From Deltaproteobacteria bacterium (GTDB taxonomy: Bacteria > Myxococcota_A > UBA9160 > UBA4427): 39,743 nucleotides of DNA. The DNA lies in assembly GCA_011051925.1 (NCBI GenBank), contig DRKE01000239.1, forward strand, positions 1 to 39,743, given 5' to 3'. Each line of letters begins with the position of its first letter. The stretch's first letter is position 1. Under the pieces are notes generated by a model. That model had not been told where the DNA came from and did not search any database. It saw only the letters and a program-made list of their open reading frames with translations. Of this stretch, positions 35,875-39,743 are shown in pieces. The translations under genes were made by a program, and so were the position numbers.

Positions 35875-37851
35875 ATGACTCCATCGAACGATCCCTTTGC
35901 AGCCCTGCCTGCGCCCATCGCGTCTGCCCTCAGGGCGCGCGGCTTCACCGAATTGACTCCGGTCCAGCGGGCGGTCCTCGAGGCCGAGTCGACCGGGCGG
36001 GATCTTCGGGTCTCCTCCCAGACGGGTTCGGGAAAGACCGTCGCGATCGGAATCGCCCTCGCCGCGCACTTTCTGGAAGGGGCGGGACGACCGGGATCGA
36101 TCGTGGATGCGGGAGCGGCTTCTCCGAAACCGGAACCGAAGACACCGCCCCGCAAGCCTCGAGCCTCGGCCGCGCGCCCCACGGCCCTCGTCGTCGTGCC
36201 GACCCGCGAGCTCGCCGCGCAGGTGCAGGGCGAATTGAAATGGCTCTACGCGAATCTGCGCGATCTCCGGGTCGAAGTCGTGACGGGTGGGACCTCGATC
36301 GAAGGGGAGCGGCGTGCTCTCGCGCGCGGCCCCGGATTGATCGTCGGAACGCCCGGCCGATTGCTCGACCACATACGGAACCATGCGATCGACTGTGGAT
36401 CGATCGAACACGTGATTCTCGACGAAGCGGATCAGATGCTCGACATGGGCTTTCGCGAGGAGCTCGAGGGCATTCTCGAGCAGCTTCCCGAGTCCCGATC
36501 GAGCCATCTCGTCTCGGCCACCTTCCCGCGTGCCGTCGTCAGCCTGGCGGATCGATTCCAGAAGAACGTGCTCGCGATCGAGGGCACACGCCTGGGCGTC
36601 GCCAATGCGGACATCCAGCACATCGCCTACTCCATCCGTCGTCACGAGACCTACGCGGCCCTCGTGAACGTCCTTCTCCTGGCTGGCGATTCGCGTTGCC
36701 TGCTCTTCGTCAATCGTCGTGTCGATGCCACGGTACTCGCAGAAAAGCTCGCGAGTGACGGTTTCGGTGCCGCACCCTTCAGTGGCGAACTGGCCCAGGC
36801 CCAGCGAACGCGAACCCTGGCCGCCTTCCGGAACGGGACCTTCAACATCCTCGTCTCGACGGACGTCGCGGCGCGCGGAATCGACGTTCCCGACATCTCG
36901 ACGGTCGTACATATCGATCCTCCGAGAACGTCCGACGCCTATATCCATCGGAGCGGGCGGACGGGCCGGGCCGGGCGGACGGGCAAGAGCATCCTGCTCG
37001 TGGCGGGGCCCGACATGCGGCGCGTGACGCGTCTGCTCCAGGTCGCCCGGGTCGAGGTCTCGTGGCAGCCCGTTCCCCGGCCCGAGAAGGTCGAGAAGGC
37101 ACTCGAGAAGCAGGCGCGGCGGGCCATGCATGCCCGTCTGGCCGAAGCGGCGCCATCCGAGCGGCAGCTCGCCTATGCCCGGCAGCTGCTCGAAGACCGC
37201 GATCCGGTCGAAGTCGTGGCGACCCTGCTCGAGATGTCGAAGGCGAAGCCGCCACGCGAACCGATGGCCCTGGTCGGCCTCGATCCCTTCGCGAATGACC
37301 GTCCGAGAAAGCGGGGAGCGCGGGGCGCGGGTGCTCGCCAGGCCGGAAGTTCCGGAGAGAAGGGAGGCGGCAGGGATTTCGGGAAGCGCGGGACGAACGG
37401 GCGGTCGGCCGACCCTTCGCCGGGCCGGGTGATTCGGAAGGGACGCACGGGATTCACGCGGTTCACGATCAGCTGGGGGGAGCGAACGGGCGCGACGCCG
37501 AGTCGGCTGCTCTCTCACGTGTGTCGCCGTGGCGGACTCTCGAGCGAGCAGGTCGGTGCGATCGAGATCGCCTCGAAGTCCTCGACGATCGACGTCGCCA
37601 GTGACGTGGCGGACGCCTTCGAGTCTCGCGCGCGTCGCCCGGACCGCCGCGACCCCGGGATCGTCATCCAGCGAGAGGAACGACCGGGACGTGTCGCGGG
37701 CAGGATGGCGAAGTCGGGTCGGGTCCCGACCTCGTCGGAAAGGCCGCCCCCCGGACCTGCTCGCGAGCAGACCAGGTCCACGAACCCGACATTCACCGGC
37801 CGGCCGCATCACCTCAAGCGGAAGAACGCTCGTCGCACGGCTTCGCGTTAG
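35875..37851 (+). CDS. DEAD-box RNA helicase with C-terminal DbpA-type RNA-binding domain
   Basis: GFTELTPVQ, SQTGSGKT, PTRELA, TPGR, DEAD, SAT, ARGID, HRSGRTGRAG; C-terminal FTISWG..VGAIEI. Confidence 0.95.
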   Translation: MTPSNDPFAALPAPIASALRARGFTELTPVQRAVLEAESTGRDLRVSSQTGSGKTVAIGIALAAHFLEGAGRPGSIVDAGAASPKPEPKTPPRKPRASAARPTALVVVPTRELAAQVQGELKWLYANLRDLRVEVVTGGTSIEGERRALARGPGLIVGTPGRLLDHIRNHAIDCGSIEHVILDEADQMLDMGFREELEGILEQLPESRSSHLVSATFPRAVVSLADRFQKNVLAIEGTRLGVANADIQHIAYSIRRHETYAALVNVLLLAGDSRCLLFVNRRVDATVLAEKLASDGFGAAPFSGELAQAQRTRTLAAFRNGTFNILVSTDVAARGIDVPDISTVVHIDPPRTSDAYIHRSGRTGRAGRTGKSILLVAGPDMRRVTRLLQVARVEVSWQPVPRPEKVEKALEKQARRAMHARLAEAAPSERQLAYARQLLEDRDPVEVVATLLEMSKAKPPREPMALVGLDPFANDRPRKRGARGAGARQAGSSGEKGGGRDFGKRGTNGRSADPSPGRVIRKGRTGFTRFTISWGERTGATPSRLLSHVCRRGGLSSEQVGAIEIASKSSTIDVASDVADAFESRARRPDRRDPGIVIQREERPGRVAGRMAKSGRVPTSSERPPPGPAREQTRSTNPTFTGRPHHLKRKNARRTASR

Positions 37852-37863
37852 GCGGACTCGGCT

Positions 37864-38319
37864 TCAACAGGGCTCGCAGACGAAGACGGGAATGTTCCGA
37901 TCGGTTCGCCTCTGGTAGTCGTCGTATTCGTGGTAATGCTGGACGCAGACGGGCCAGACTTCGGCCTTCTCCAGATCGTCGACCTCGCGGGCACGAAGCC
38001 TCATCTTCTTGTCGCGATACTGGACCTCGATCTCCGGATTGGCCCGGATGTTGTTCACCCAGACGGGGGATTTCGGCGCGCCGCCCTGGGAGCCCACGAC
38101 GATGACGCCTTCCTTGTAGGGCACGTACATGAGGGGGACCGTTCGCTTCTTGCCGGTCTTCGCCCCTTTCATCGTGACGAGCATGACCGGCCTTCCCTGG
38201 AAGGTTCCCATCAGGCGGCCCCCGGTGAGCTTGTAGACGAAGCTGTTCAAGCCGGAGAAGGGCTTGATGAAGCGGCGGAGCGTCCTGAATTCTTTTTCGG
38301 TCATCGGATTTTCGGCCAT
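37864..38319 (-). CDS. deazaflavin (F420)-dependent nitroreductase family protein (Ddn-like)
   Basis: GAKTGKKRTVPLMY..SQGGAPKSPVWVNNIRANP..YDDYQRRTDRNIPVF; GAGGAG RBS. Confidence 0.92.
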   Translation of the reverse strand: MAENPMTEKEFRTLRRFIKPFSGLNSFVYKLTGGRLMGTFQGRPVMLVTMKGAKTGKKRTVPLMYVPYKEGVIVVGSQGGAPKSPVWVNNIRANPEIEVQYRDKKMRLRAREVDDLEKAEVWPVCVQHYHEYDDYQRRTDRNIPVFVCEPC

Positions 38320-38440
38320 GGCATCTCCTCGCCGATCGATCGGCTTCAGCCGGAGTGTAACAGCCGGCCGTCCCGGGGCGGTGGAGGTCGTCCTCCTCCG
38401 GCATACTGGATCAGCTGATCGATCCAGCCGAGGTCCGAAG

Positions 38441-39088
38441 ATGACTGATCTCCCCGAGAAAGCCACGACATCGGAACCACCCGAGGCGCGCGAAACACGC
38501 TCGGCGGGCCGTCCTGCGCCGCCGCAACGTCGGCGGATCCCCTTCGAGGGGATCGTCCTCTGCCTGGTCCTCGCCCTCTCGCTCTTCGGGATCGGGATCA
38601 CGGACTATTCGCCGATGAAGAGCCGCCACTATTGGGCCGCCATGACCCTGGTCCTCGCGCTTTCCGGAATCGCGATCGGAGGCGCCCGTGCGAAGCGGAT
38701 CGGGCGCCCGGTCGGGGAGTATCTGGTCGACCAGCTGGTTCATTGGGCTGCGACGGGAGCCGCCGTCGGCGGCGTCTTCCTGCTGCTCGAGTCCGGACGT
38801 CTGAACTACGAGAATACGGGACTGGTCCTGTTGCTGCTGCTCGGCCTTTCGACCTTCCTGGATGGGTTTCGGGTCGGTTGGCATTTCAGTCTGATCGGCG
38901 TTCTGATGTTCCTGGCCGCGATCATCGCGGGATTCGTCGAGCAGTATCTCTGGGTACTGCTGGTCGTCTCCGGTGGTATGGCGATCGCCGCAATCCTGTG
39001 GGAAAGGCGGCGAGGCGTGGGTGGCGCTTCCGAGGAAGCCGCGATGCAGTCCGGCGGGCCGGGTGCGGAGGACGCCGGGAGCATTTGA
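38441..39088 (+). CDS. hypothetical membrane protein
   Basis: 5-6 TM segments; GIGITD..YW, QLVHW, FLDG..W, FVEQY. Confidence 0.75.
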   Translation: MTDLPEKATTSEPPEARETRSAGRPAPPQRRRIPFEGIVLCLVLALSLFGIGITDYSPMKSRHYWAAMTLVLALSGIAIGGARAKRIGRPVGEYLVDQLVHWAATGAAVGGVFLLLESGRLNYENTGLVLLLLLGLSTFLDGFRVGWHFSLIGVLMFLAAIIAGFVEQYLWVLLVVSGGMAIAAILWERRRGVGGASEEAAMQSGGPGAEDAGSI

Positions 39089-39089
39089 G

Positions 39090-39743
39090 CTACCCGCTGG
39101 AGTTCCCGGAGATGCGCGCTTCGATCGCCTCGAGGCCCGAGACGATCTGGCGTTCGATCGAACGCCCCGAAACCAGTCGCAGACCCACCTCGAAAGCGAA
39201 GGCGACGAAGAACATCCCCGCGATCCAATAGATGATTCCGGACATCGACTTCGAAGCGTGGGCGATCGCGAAGCCCGCCGCGCCGAAGGAGCTCGCGGCG
39301 GCGAGGCCGACCCAGACGGGACTGGCCCCCGTGTCCTCGAGACGGAAGAGATGTCCCGTATGCGTGAAGCCCTGCACGAGGAGGACCGAGACGGCGGCCA
39401 GGGTCGCGATCTCCCCCAGATCGAGAAAAACGATCATCGGGGCGATCAGGAAGGCCGAGATGACGAGTCCCTCGGTGTTGTGGAAGACGTGGAACTCGTA
39501 GATCCGGGGCAGGCTTCCCTCCTTCGCGAGGGTGTAGCCGATCTGGGTCACGGAGTAGAGCGTGGCGTTGATCGCCGAAGCGGTCGCGACCATCGCCGTC
39601 GCGGCGATGATCCGGAATCCCCAGTCGCCGAAGGCGGGCCGGGCCGCTTCGGCGAGCGCGAAATCCCGATCCCGGATGATCTCCTGAAGCGGGAGATTCC
39701 CGAAGACGGCGATCGACACGGCGACATAGAGCACCCCGACGAG
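39090..39743 (-). CDS. APC family amino acid permease (C-terminal part; 5' end outside the window)
   Basis: LYVAVS..FALAEAARPAFG..ATASAINATLY..LAKEGSLP; multiple TM segments. Confidence 0.85.
   Translation of the reverse strand, partial: LVGVLYVAVSIAVFGNLPLQEIIRDRDFALAEAARPAFGDWGFRIIAATAMVATASAINATLYSVTQIGYTLAKEGSLPRIYEFHVFHNTEGLVISAFLIAPMIVFLDLGEIATLAAVSVLLVQGFTHTGHLFRLEDTGASPVWVGLAAASSFGAAGFAIAHASKSMSGIIYWIAGMFFVAFAFEVGLRLVSGRSIERQIVSGLEAIEARISGNSSG

Noticed and set aside
38331..38344. Perfect palindrome GCCGATCGATCGGC and general GATC/TCGA abundance
   Set aside because: GATC and TCGA words are pervasive throughout this sequence, so the palindrome is not distinctive
1..39743. tRNA, rRNA, CRISPR array, prophage or defence system
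   Set aside because: No cloverleaf or T-loop in intergenic DNA, no repeat-spacer array, and no structural phage or defence genes recognised

Overview
High-GC, gene-dense bacterial chromosomal window with about 36 credible protein-coding genes. I found no rRNA, tRNA, CRISPR array, integrase or transposase. The gene mix suggests a Myxococcota/deltaproteobacteria-like organism (inference only): a TPR plus tandem cNMP-binding protein, HDOD, PilZ, a lipoprotein M48 protease, and actinobacteria-like lipid/steroid and F420-dependent enzymes. Content includes gpmI, MarR, two CaiB/BaiF-fold CoA-transferases, two SDRs, a BNR-repeat sialidase-like protein, two F420-type LLM oxidoreductases, a Ddn-type F420 reductase, an FMN glutamate-synthase-like protein, a FadD17-like ligase, a fatty acid desaturase, Rieske and Bfd ferredoxins, an acyl-CoA dehydrogenase, a 3-ketosteroid dehydrogenase-like flavoprotein, an ABC-F ATPase, a DEAD-box helicase and an APC permease. 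Most notable: (1) a chromosomal dihydropteroate synthase with the Sul-type GFFLG signature of sulfonamide-insensitive enzymes and no mobile context; (2) a family III CoA-transferase that appears to lack the catalytic Asp, behind a structured 5' leader; (3) sigma-28-like promoters in front of an unknown secreted protein and an HDOD gene; (4) a Fur-boxed bfd without bfr, followed by a CxxC/CxxC microprotein; (5) an unannotated 49-aa membrane peptide and several long intergenic hairpins. All family calls come from motif recognition by eye, not database searches.
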